The notes below the pieces were generated by a model. That model was given only the letters and a program-made list of their open reading frames with translations. It searched no databases and was not told the DNA's origin. DNA of 50,838 nt from positions 1-50,838 of the forward strand of contig JBHLPW010000040.1 in NCBI GenBank assembly GCA_048939015.1, in the 5' to 3' direction. Each line of letters begins with the position of its first letter. Position 1 is the first letter of the stretch. This DNA comes from Promethearchaeota archaeon (GTDB taxonomy: Archaea; Asgardarchaeota; Lokiarchaeia; Sigyniarchaeales; SOKP01). A program made the position numbers and the translations under genes. Below, piece after piece: positions 28,758 to 37,585 of the stretch.

Positions 28758-29582
28758 TTACTTCCATCGCCATTTAGGCTTAGTTTTTGACAATCGAGCT
28801 AACGCAGCATTTACTGCATCTTTAGTTTGAAGTAGTTGAGAGCTTACTAACGTTTCAAGTTCTAAACCTAAAGCAGTGTCCTTACCATAGCAATCATCTA
28901 TTAATTTTTTAGCAAGCCCAATTGCTAGAGGACCACTACTCATCAACTCGTCAGTATACATTTTAATAATTGAATCTAAATCTTCATGGTCTTTTGCAAC
29001 CCGATTTACAACTCCAAGTCTATAAGCTTCATTTCCATCGAACATTCGGCCAGTTAAAATGATATCCTTCGTGTTTTGGATTCCAACAAGCCTCGTTAAC
29101 CTGATTGTACCCCCAACATCTGGATTCATGCCTATCTTTGATTCTAACATATGAAATTCTGCAGATTCTGTACAAAATCGAAAATCACATGCTAGTGCTA
29201 ACTCGAATGCCATTCCATAACAATAACCATTTATTTTCGCTATAACAGGTTTTTCCATTTTTTCAATTTTAGTAAATATTGGATGAATCCAGGTATTTGC
29301 AAAATATCTAAAATTCCTTGGAATTCGTAAATCCGGAATTACACCTTCAGGATCCTTTTCTTGACCAGTAAGAAAGTTTAAATCTATACCTGAGCTAAAA
29401 AATTCATCCCCCCCAGTAATAATTACTACTCTAGCGTTAGTTCTTTCTACTTTATCAATAGCCTTTTGAAGTCCAACCATTAGATCATAATTCATAGCAT
29501 TTTTTTTCTCAATACGATTCATTTTTATTGTGACAATCGTCTTATCTTCGTTTTCTTCTATTAATACGGCATTTTCATTCAT
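28758..29582 (-). CDS. Enoyl-CoA hydratase/isomerase (crotonase)
   Basis: NR.EKKNAM, FSSGIDL, KPVIAKING.CYG.AFELALACDFR, LESKIGMNPDVGG; both Glu residues plus an Asp are present. Confidence 0.9.
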   Translation of the reverse strand: MNENAVLIEENEDKTIVTIKMNRIEKKNAMNYDLMVGLQKAIDKVERTNARVVIITGGDEFFSSGIDLNFLTGQEKDPEGVIPDLRIPRNFRYFANTWIHPIFTKIEKMEKPVIAKINGYCYGMAFELALACDFRFCTESAEFHMLESKIGMNPDVGGTIRLTRLVGIQNTKDIILTGRMFDGNEAYRLGVVNRVAKDHEDLDSIIKMYTDELMSSGPLAIGLAKKLIDDCYGKDTALGLELETLVSSQLLQTKDAVNAALARLSKTKPKWRWK

Positions 29583-29816
29583 TTTTATTTCACTTACTAA
29601 ATTTAATATTTGTATAGTATAATTTTGTTTTGATAAAAAAATTATTTCTTTCTAATTGTTTACCAAGAAAGATTTTTCTATTTGCTCAAGAATCAAAAAT
29701 AAGCATCCTCTTTACTAAAAGGTATAATAATTAGCTCCTTTTATTTTATTCAAATAAATTTTAATAAATTCTCATTTTATTCTTATTAATCAATTAAATT
29801 ATGTTGAGGATTTAAA

Positions 29817-31829
29817 TTGAAGTTCTTTAAATTATTCACACCTTTTAAAATTAGGAATATGACGGTTTCAAACCGAATTGTTATGCCTGCTTTGAATCTT
29901 AATCTCGCGGATAATGGTTTTATCACTCAAAGACTGATTGATTTTTATGCTGAAAGAGCCAAAGGAGGAGCTGGAATGTTAATAGTCGGTGGATGTTACG
30001 TAGATCTTTATGGAAAAGGGGTTCCCATGATGATCTCAATTGAAAGTGATGAATACATCCCAAAATTAGCAGAGTTCACTGAAGCTGTACATCAAGCTAG
30101 AGAGGATGTAAAAGTAGTCTGTCAATTATATCATAGTGGGGCTTATACTTTCCCACAAATAATTGGTAAAGCGCCCATAGCTCCTTCTGCGGTATATAGT
30201 AATTTCAGTAAGACAACCCCAAGAGAAATGACTCTTGAAGATATTAAAACTGAACAACAAGCTTTTGCTGACGCAGCCATCAGAGCAAAAAAGGCAGGTT
30301 TTGACGCTGTAGAAATATGTGCTAATGCTGGTTATTTGTTTAGTCAATTTTCTTCTCCAAAAACAAATATACGGACTGATGAATATGGTGGGAGTCTTGA
30401 AAATCGTTTAAGATTTGCTATTGAAACTTTTGAATTGATGAGATCAAGTGTGGGAGATTTTCCCATTGGATACCGCATATCAGGTGATGATTTTGTTCCA
30501 GAAAGTAATACATATAAGGAAAAAGCTATGATAGCTGAACATTTAAGTAAATACTTAGATTATTTAAATGTTACTGGTGGTTGGCATGAAACTAAAACAC
30601 CACAAACAACTATGGATGTTCCAGAAGGATGTTACACTTACTTAGCAGAAAATATTAGGAATAAAGTATCTATCCCGGTATTTGCTTCCAATAGAATAAA
30701 TAACACTGAGTTAGCTGAACACGTATTAATGGCTAGAAAAGCAGATGCTATCTGTATGGGTAGAGCATTAGTAGCAGATCCATATTTACCATCTAAAGCT
30801 AAAAAAGGCGATCTACGGGATATAATGTCTTGTATAGGGTGTAACCAAGGTTGTTTTGATGCTATATTTAAAATGGTTCCGATTTCTTGCTTGAGAAACG
30901 CTAGAGCCGGAAATGAAGCAAAAACAGAATTAAAACCTCTTAAGGGCAAAAAGAAAGTTATGATAGTTGGTGCAGGACCTGGAGGATTAGAAGCTGCGAG
31001 GGTTGCTGCAATAAGAGGTCATGAAGTTCATATCTTTGAAAAAGATGATAAAATAGGAGGATTATTAAATATAATATGGATACCTCCTGGAAGAAATGAG
31101 TTTAAGAGAATGATTGACAATTATCAATATTGGATTCAAAAGCATGGAATACAAGTTCATCTTGACCAAGAGGTTTCTATTAATACTGTTAAACAATATA
31201 ATCCTGATGTAGTTTTTGTGGCAACGGGTTCAAATCCAATAAAACCACCAATTTCCGGTATAGAAAGAGACAATGTTTATTGGGCTAACGATGTATTTAA
31301 TGGAGATGCTCCAATTGGTAAAAATAATGTGATTATTGGTGGTGGTGCAACAGGAATCGAATTAGCTATATATATAGCTAAATATGGGTCTTTAAGTCTT
31401 GAAGCGTTTGATTTTTTAACAAATTATGAAGCTTTAGAACCTGAGATTGCTCTAGATATGCTACATAGTGGAAGAAATAAAGTAACAGTACTGGAACAAT
31501 TACCAAAATTGGGTTCTGCATTAGGAAAAACCACTAAATGGGTACTGCTTGACAAGTGTGATAATTTAGGTGTCAAATTTCATACTGGAGTTAGAGTCAA
31601 AGAAATTGGAGAAAATACTGTGAGTTTTATAGATACAAAAGATAATGAACAGATTATCAATAATGTAGACTTTATATTTTATGCTACAGGTGTAGAACCA
31701 AATAAAAGTCTATTCAAAGAAATAAAACAACTTGATAATATTGAAGTTCAGACAATAGGAGATGCTAGAAAACCAGAAACCGTTCTAGAAGCAGTTCATA
31801 GAGCATATAAGTTAGCAAATAATATATAA
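29817..31829 (+). CDS. FadH-like 2,4-dienoyl-CoA reductase / OYE-family FMN, 4Fe-4S, FAD enoate reductase
   Basis: NRIVMP, ERAKGGAG, RTDEYGGSLENR, GWHE, CIGCNQGC...C, GAGPGGLEAA, GGGATG. TTG start. Confidence 0.88.
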   Translation: MKFFKLFTPFKIRNMTVSNRIVMPALNLNLADNGFITQRLIDFYAERAKGGAGMLIVGGCYVDLYGKGVPMMISIESDEYIPKLAEFTEAVHQAREDVKVVCQLYHSGAYTFPQIIGKAPIAPSAVYSNFSKTTPREMTLEDIKTEQQAFADAAIRAKKAGFDAVEICANAGYLFSQFSSPKTNIRTDEYGGSLENRLRFAIETFELMRSSVGDFPIGYRISGDDFVPESNTYKEKAMIAEHLSKYLDYLNVTGGWHETKTPQTTMDVPEGCYTYLAENIRNKVSIPVFASNRINNTELAEHVLMARKADAICMGRALVADPYLPSKAKKGDLRDIMSCIGCNQGCFDAIFKMVPISCLRNARAGNEAKTELKPLKGKKKVMIVGAGPGGLEAARVAAIRGHEVHIFEKDDKIGGLLNIIWIPPGRNEFKRMIDNYQYWIQKHGIQVHLDQEVSINTVKQYNPDVVFVATGSNPIKPPISGIERDNVYWANDVFNGDAPIGKNNVIIGGGATGIELAIYIAKYGSLSLEAFDFLTNYEALEPEIALDMLHSGRNKVTVLEQLPKLGSALGKTTKWVLLDKCDNLGVKFHTGVRVKEIGENTVSFIDTKDNEQIINNVDFIFYATGVEPNKSLFKEIKQLDNIEVQTIGDARKPETVLEAVHRAYKLANNI

Positions 31830-31830
31830 T

Positions 31831-31858
31831 AAAAAAAATCTATTTTTTGATTTTTTTT
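31831..31858. terminator. Candidate bidirectional terminator hairpin between convergent genes
   Basis: AAAAAAAATC-TATTTTTT-GATTTTTTTT, a perfect 10-bp inverted repeat giving T-tracts on both strands. Confidence 0.55.
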
Positions 31859-33408
31859 TAAGAATTAAAAATTTTACCTGTTTTTGTTTCTTCTTCTTCT
31901 CTAAGTGGTTGTTTCATTATCTTTCCTGTAGGTGTTTTAGGTAGATCATCTCTAAATTCCACATATTTCGGCACTTTAAAATCAGCTAGATGTTGTTTAC
32001 AATAATTAATGAGTTCTTCTTCAGTAAGCGACTTTCCCTCCTTTAATACAATAAAAGCTTTAGGAAGTTCTCCATAAATCTTATCTCGCACACCTATAAC
32101 AGTGGCTAAAGAAACCGCAGGATGAGAATACAGTACTTCCTCAATTTCACGGGGATATATGTTCTCTCCACCACGTATTATCATATCTTTTTTGCGGTCT
32201 GTTATATAGAAAAATCCATCCTCATCTATATATCCAATGTCTCCTGTGTACAACCAACCATCCTTCAAAGTTTCCGCGTTTGCCTCAGGGTTTTTGTAAT
32301 ATTCTTTCATAATGTTGTCTCCTTTAACAACAATCTCGCCTTTCGTATTAGGAGGAAGTTCGGTACCATTCTCATCTACAATTTTCATCTCATTTCCAGG
32401 TAAAGGTATACCAATACTTCCAACTTTTCGCCTATCTTCAGTCTCAGTGGGTAAAGGATTAACTGAAGATGCACATGTACCCTCTGTAAGACCATATCCT
32501 TCTACAACTTTGCAATTAAACGTTTTTTCAAATTCTTTAAATACTTCTACAGGTAAAGGAGCAGCTCCACAAACAACATATTCTAATGAAGAAAGATCTA
32601 AATTTTCATGTGGCATTCTAAGTAAGATAGAAAGCACAGTTGGAACACAACTAAAAGTAGTTGCCTTATATTTCGCCACAGTGTCCCAATGTGTTTGAGC
32701 TGAAAATCCAGGCGTTAAAATCGAGCTCGCACCTATTACAAGTGGTGCCATAATAGTAACTATCTGGGCATTAACATGAAATAGGGGTAAAATCAACATA
32801 TAACGAAAATGTTCCTGTCCATTTGTGAAATCTCGTATCATTTCAGCATTTCTTCTTATATTAAAATGTGTCTGTAAAACACCTTTCGGAAAACCAGTGG
32901 TTCCTGATGTATATAATATAGCAGCAGGGTCTTCTTTTTCATTGATATCCACCTTTGGAGGTGCATCAGGTGAAGCTTTTTCCATTAATTCCTCGTAACT
33001 TAATGTACCTTCAATTTTATCTCCTATTACAATTATGTGTTGTAGATTAGGTAATTCCACTTTAATTTGGTTAATAACTTCTATAAACTGGGGGATAGTT
33101 ACTATGACTTTAGCTTCTGAATGTCCGACTACAAATTTGACTTCTCTAGGTTTAAATAAAGCATTTACGGGACCTGTTATTGCACCAATTTTAGGTATCC
33201 CTAAATATAAGTATACGTACTCTGGCATATTTGGTAAATAAACACTGACTTTATCACCTTTTCTAATGCCTAAATCATATAAAAAATTAGCTACTCGATT
33301 GGTAAGTTCATTCAATTGAGTATAGGAAACAGTGATATCTTTCCAATATAAAAAGACTTTATCTCCATATTTTTTTGCTTGACTTTCTACTAATTCTCTA
33401 ATATTCAT
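31858..33408 (-). CDS. Long-chain-fatty-acid--CoA ligase (FadD-like)
   Basis: LYTSGTTGFPKG, LPLFHV, EGYGLTE, YTGD, DRKKDMIIRGGENIYP, PKTPTGK. Confidence 0.93.
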   Translation of the reverse strand: MNIRELVESQAKKYGDKVFLYWKDITVSYTQLNELTNRVANFLYDLGIRKGDKVSVYLPNMPEYVYLYLGIPKIGAITGPVNALFKPREVKFVVGHSEAKVIVTIPQFIEVINQIKVELPNLQHIIVIGDKIEGTLSYEELMEKASPDAPPKVDINEKEDPAAILYTSGTTGFPKGVLQTHFNIRRNAEMIRDFTNGQEHFRYMLILPLFHVNAQIVTIMAPLVIGASSILTPGFSAQTHWDTVAKYKATTFSCVPTVLSILLRMPHENLDLSSLEYVVCGAAPLPVEVFKEFEKTFNCKVVEGYGLTEGTCASSVNPLPTETEDRRKVGSIGIPLPGNEMKIVDENGTELPPNTKGEIVVKGDNIMKEYYKNPEANAETLKDGWLYTGDIGYIDEDGFFYITDRKKDMIIRGGENIYPREIEEVLYSHPAVSLATVIGVRDKIYGELPKAFIVLKEGKSLTEEELINYCKQHLADFKVPKYVEFRDDLPKTPTGKIMKQPLREEEETKTGKIFNS

Positions 33409-33558
33409 ACTTCATTTCCTCATTTATTTAAAAATATCATGTAGAAATTTAAACAAGCAAAAATATTTTCTTTCTTTTATAAATTTTATAATTTTTATCC
33501 AATTCCATTAATGATACAATAAAAAGAAAAAAAATAAAATTAGCTAAATTTAAAGTTT

Positions 33559-34635
33559 CTAATGAGTAGCTACTGGATAAATTTCTTTGAAATAATTTAA
33601 AACTGAATTTGTAAATAATTCTAAAGATTGAAAGTAGTTCCCTACACCAAAAACTTCAATTAAGAAATGTTCTACCCCGGCTTCTATAAACTCATCTATT
33701 TGCTCAATACAATCTTCAGGACTTCCAAAAATAACAAATGAATCTATAAGTTCCTCCGGAATATTCTCTTTAGCAAATTTAAGTGCTTCTGAATTTGATT
33801 TAACCAGATCAGATACAGTTTCATTAACAATTCTATGGTGAAGTTTTTCAGGAAGCTTAATATTGTAATCTTCGAGAATATGCGAATTCACACTCATAGC
33901 AAGTCCAAATGATTTTCCCATCTCTCGTGCCATTTCAGGATTATCTTTACTAATCACAACAGATACCTCACATGCCTTATCAACTTCATCCAATCTTCCT
34001 GCTTTACCTAATATTTTTAACCGTTTCTTATATGATTGTGCATTGCATATTGGAAGCCAACCATCAGCAACACGTCCTGTAAACTCAATTAATCTTGGAC
34101 CATTAGCAGCAATCCACAATTTTGGCATAAATTTCATAGGATACTGTAATCGAGCACCCTTCAAGTTAAAAAATTCACCAGTATAATCAATCCTAGCTTT
34201 TCTTGACTGGGTAGTTTTCCAAAGCTCTTTTATTACTTCGACAGCTTCAATTAGTCTTGATGCCGGCTTATCCCATGTAATACCAAATTCATTTAAGTTC
34301 ATTGCTTCTCCAGCTCCAATTCCCAAAATAAAACGGTTATTACTCAATCGTTGAATTGTAAGCGCATCTAATGCAATTTGGGATGGATGTCTTCTATGAG
34401 GATCCGTTACACATGAGCCAATTTTTACCTTTTCTGTCTGCGAAGCGGCAATTGGTAATATAACATTACTACTCACTATTTCAGAATTCATAGGAGAAGA
34501 GTTTAAATGATCCATCATGAAAATTGAGTCATATCCGCTTTTTTCACAATACTTAATTGATTTTAAATAATCTTTAGTTTTTAATCCTAGGTAGGCAGCA
34601 TTTGTTCCATGCTGAAAACCAAATTTTACATCCAT
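33559..34635 (-). CDS. LLM-class (probably F420-dependent) oxidoreductase, ketoreductase/secondary-alcohol-dehydrogenase-like
   Basis: GYDSIFMMDH, VTDPHRRHP, ILGIGAGEAMN, WDKP.SRL.EA, IAANGPR, ADGWLP. Confidence 0.82.
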   Translation of the reverse strand: MDVKFGFQHGTNAAYLGLKTKDYLKSIKYCEKSGYDSIFMMDHLNSSPMNSEIVSSNVILPIAASQTEKVKIGSCVTDPHRRHPSQIALDALTIQRLSNNRFILGIGAGEAMNLNEFGITWDKPASRLIEAVEVIKELWKTTQSRKARIDYTGEFFNLKGARLQYPMKFMPKLWIAANGPRLIEFTGRVADGWLPICNAQSYKKRLKILGKAGRLDEVDKACEVSVVISKDNPEMAREMGKSFGLAMSVNSHILEDYNIKLPEKLHHRIVNETVSDLVKSNSEALKFAKENIPEELIDSFVIFGSPEDCIEQIDEFIEAGVEHFLIEVFGVGNYFQSLELFTNSVLNYFKEIYPVATH

Positions 34636-34848
34636 TATGATCTACCCTCTATTTGCTTGTATTTGTTTGAATTAAGGTTCTTCACAAATTAGTTTGGATT
34701 AGGTAATATTTTGTGTTGTATCTAATAAATTTTGACATTTATGAATAGATTATAATTTGAATATGAAACATATTAATATGAAAAAAATCTATTCTCCATT
34801 GTAATCTGAGTTTAAAATTCATAAAATAAACGTCAAAAAGTGATAAAA

Positions 34849-35742
34849 ATGTCAGAAGAAGATTTATCAAAAAAATTGGTTATAAGCGCTGCACTAACTG
34901 GAGCTGTAACCAATAGGGATATGAATCCGAATGTCCCATTCACTGCTGAAGAGTTTGGGGATGAGGCAAAAAAATGTTATGATGCAGGAGCGGCAATAGT
35001 ACATATACATGCAAGAGATCCAGAAAAAGGTAATCCTACCCATGAACTAGAAATAATTGGAGCAATAATAGATAATATTAAAGAAAAAGCACCAGATATC
35101 TTGATTAATCTCAGCACCGCAATAAGTTCAATTGTAACTCCCAAACAGAGGATTACGCCTGTCACAACATTTAAACCTCCTATTGCTTCATTAAACACCA
35201 ATTCAATGAACTTTGCAGTAGGAGACCATAAAACTGGACAAGTTGGGCTTGGAGCTAAAAATATTTTTGCCAATACATTCGACACCATTCAAAAGTTTGC
35301 AAAAGCAATGAAAAAAGCAGAAACAAAGCCAGAAATCGAAGTTTATGATATTGGTGGAATGTATAATATATTACACTTAGCTAAACAGCAACCTAAAAGA
35401 ATTCTTGATCCTCCACTGCATTTTCAATTTGTATTCGGGGTGTTAGGAGGAATACCCTTTTCCTATGAAAATTTAGCCCATCTCATCAACCTTAAACCTC
35501 CAGATGCTACTTGGAGTGTTTGTGGTGTAGCTAAAAATCAATTTCAAGCCGCAATGTGTGCTGCAGCTATGGATGGTCATATCAGGGTCGGTTTAGAAGA
35601 TAATACACGTTTACCAGATGGAAGATTATCTAAAGGTAGTTGGGAACAAGTTGAATGGGCGGCTAAAGTAGCTAGAATCGTAAATCGTGAACCTGCTACT
35701 CCTTCTGAAACCAGAAAGATCCTTAATTTGTATCAACAATAG
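34849..35742 (+). CDS. Beta-keto acid cleavage enzyme (BKACE/DUF849, Kce-like)
   Basis: ISAALTGA, AGAAIVHIHARD, SLN..SMNF, KPEIEVYD, FQFVFGV.GG, GHIRVGLED. ATG 34849 preferred over GTG 34840. Confidence 0.9.
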   Translation: MSEEDLSKKLVISAALTGAVTNRDMNPNVPFTAEEFGDEAKKCYDAGAAIVHIHARDPEKGNPTHELEIIGAIIDNIKEKAPDILINLSTAISSIVTPKQRITPVTTFKPPIASLNTNSMNFAVGDHKTGQVGLGAKNIFANTFDTIQKFAKAMKKAETKPEIEVYDIGGMYNILHLAKQQPKRILDPPLHFQFVFGVLGGIPFSYENLAHLINLKPPDATWSVCGVAKNQFQAAMCAAAMDGHIRVGLEDNTRLPDGRLSKGSWEQVEWAAKVARIVNREPATPSETRKILNLYQQ

Positions 35743-35859
35743 AGATAATCAATAATATTTCTATTTTAATTTTATTTTTTTCTTATCCTTTCTTAATTAT
35801 TAAATGATCTAAATCGAATATTAAATTATTTTAAAGTAAGCAAATAGAGTTGGTGTATA

Positions 35860-36951
35860 ATAACAAAACCTAATTTTGTTCCTGGATTAAAGTTATCTGA
35901 ACTTTTTTATAATGATATTTTAAAAGAAAAAATTGAAAAAAAATATCCTGGGCTAAAGTATGCTGCTGCTTTAATAGGGACTGGGTCTGAGGTACTTGGT
36001 TTTGACGACGAGATGTCTACAGATCATCACTGGGGTCCAAGGTTACAACTTTTTTTAAAAGAAAAAGATTATAAAGAATTTAATGAAATAATCAAAAAAT
36101 ACTTCAGTAATAATTTACCTTATATCTTTCTTGGATATTCTACAAACTGGACTAAACCAGATGAGAATGATAATATGAATCAATTCTTAAAATTGAAAAA
36201 ACAAGGTTCAATTAATCATAGAATTGAGATTTATACCGTTAAACGTTTTTTAGCGCTCTTTCTGGGCCTTGAATCTTCCAGTCTTACTGAAAATGATTGG
36301 TTTACGATTCCAGAACAGAGATTATTAGAATTTACATCAGGTAAAGTATTTTATGATAACTTTGGAGAATTAACACATGCTAGACAAAATTTAAAATATT
36401 ATCCTGATTCCATTTGGAAGCTAAAAATAATAGTACAATGGAATCGAATTTCTCAAGAAATGGCATTTGTTGGAAGAATTGGAGGGAGAAGAGATGATTT
36501 AGGATCCAGAATAGAAGCGTCTCGATTAGTGAGATACATCATGGAGATGGCTCTAATTCTTGAAAAAGAATATATACCCTATGAGAAATGGTTTGGTATA
36601 GCATTCAAAAGATTAAATATTGCAAAAACATTGGAACCTCTATTATTGAGAATATTAAAGGAGATTGATTTGCAGCAAAGAGAGAAACTTCTATGTGATG
36701 CCTATTTACAATTAATTAAAAGACATATAGAATTAAATCTAATTCCAAAAATAAAAATAGAACCCTGTCAATTCCATCAACGACCCCAATTAGTGATTCC
36801 TCTACAAAAAGTTATCGAAGAATTAAAGAAGGGAATAAATCATTCTTTTAGTCAAGTATATTACTCACTTGGAACCATTAACCAGTTTATAAATATTTGT
36901 AATAATTTAAATCCCAAACTATGCAGAAGAGCACAATTATTTTATGAATAA
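35860..36951 (+). CDS. DUF4037 domain / nucleotidyltransferase-like protein; reading frame extends 5' of the ORF-track start
   Basis: In frame upstream of ATG 36013: TKPNFVPGLKLSELFY...YAAALIGTGSEVLGFDDEMSTDHHWGP. Only ATA codons (35857/35860) are plausible starts after the in-frame TAG at 35845. Confidence 0.75.
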   Translation: MTKPNFVPGLKLSELFYNDILKEKIEKKYPGLKYAAALIGTGSEVLGFDDEMSTDHHWGPRLQLFLKEKDYKEFNEIIKKYFSNNLPYIFLGYSTNWTKPDENDNMNQFLKLKKQGSINHRIEIYTVKRFLALFLGLESSSLTENDWFTIPEQRLLEFTSGKVFYDNFGELTHARQNLKYYPDSIWKLKIIVQWNRISQEMAFVGRIGGRRDDLGSRIEASRLVRYIMEMALILEKEYIPYEKWFGIAFKRLNIAKTLEPLLLRILKEIDLQQREKLLCDAYLQLIKRHIELNLIPKIKIEPCQFHQRPQLVIPLQKVIEELKKGINHSFSQVYYSLGTINQFINICNNLNPKLCRRAQLFYE

Positions 36952-36979
36952 AATATAAAAAAATAATAAAAATAAAAAG

Positions 36980-37582
36980 TTAGAAAGTAAAACCTTCTGG
37001 TAATTCTGATTCAGATGTGCCTTCAACAACAAACATTAAATCCATAATTGTATAAGTTGGATTCTTGGTTCGAAAGATAGGTACAACTCTCTTTCCGATT
37101 TCTGGTTCTCCTACAACTAAAACGCTCATAAGAATAGTAACGACTTCTTCATCAAATTCAACATTTATAAATTTAATAGGTTTTGGTAGGGTATTAAAGG
37201 CTCCAGAGCGGTGAGTTATGATAAAAGAATGTATCTTTGCAGTTTTACGAGCCTTTTCCGTAATATCAACAATCGTTGCTTTTCTTAGACAATCAGGACA
37301 ATAAATTCTAAAGGGTTCGAAAATTGAACCTTTTGTTGTGCATTTATCATTATCACAGCGAGTCGCTAAGAGCTTTCCTTTACCAATTCCTTCAAAAAAG
37401 GGAGCTTCACAACCATAAGAATGAATATAAGTCATATCTCTCGGATTAGTCACTCCTGCTAATTTACCTGTATCCTTATTAAAAATTGGTTGATTTTTTT
37501 CAATGATATGAAATTTACCTTTCACTTTATACCGGCCATTTACTATATCTACAAAACCTTTTTCATCTTCTGTTTTTGGCAT
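36980..37582 (-). CDS. DUF35-family Zn-ribbon/OB-fold protein with N-terminal extension
   Basis: LATRCDNDKC...YCPDC, FINVEF, PEIGKRVVPIF; starts 3 nt after the thiolase stop. Confidence 0.85.
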   Translation of the reverse strand: MPKTEDEKGFVDIVNGRYKVKGKFHIIEKNQPIFNKDTGKLAGVTNPRDMTYIHSYGCEAPFFEGIGKGKLLATRCDNDKCTTKGSIFEPFRIYCPDCLRKATIVDITEKARKTAKIHSFIITHRSGAFNTLPKPIKFINVEFDEEVVTILMSVLVVGEPEIGKRVVPIFRTKNPTYTIMDLMFVVEGTSESELPEGFTF

Positions 37583-37585
37583 TTT

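Noticed and set aside
18462-29582. Recent inverted repeat, composite transposon or assembly duplication
   Set aside because: The paralogs differ at many residues and have indels; I saw no terminal repeats or transposase.
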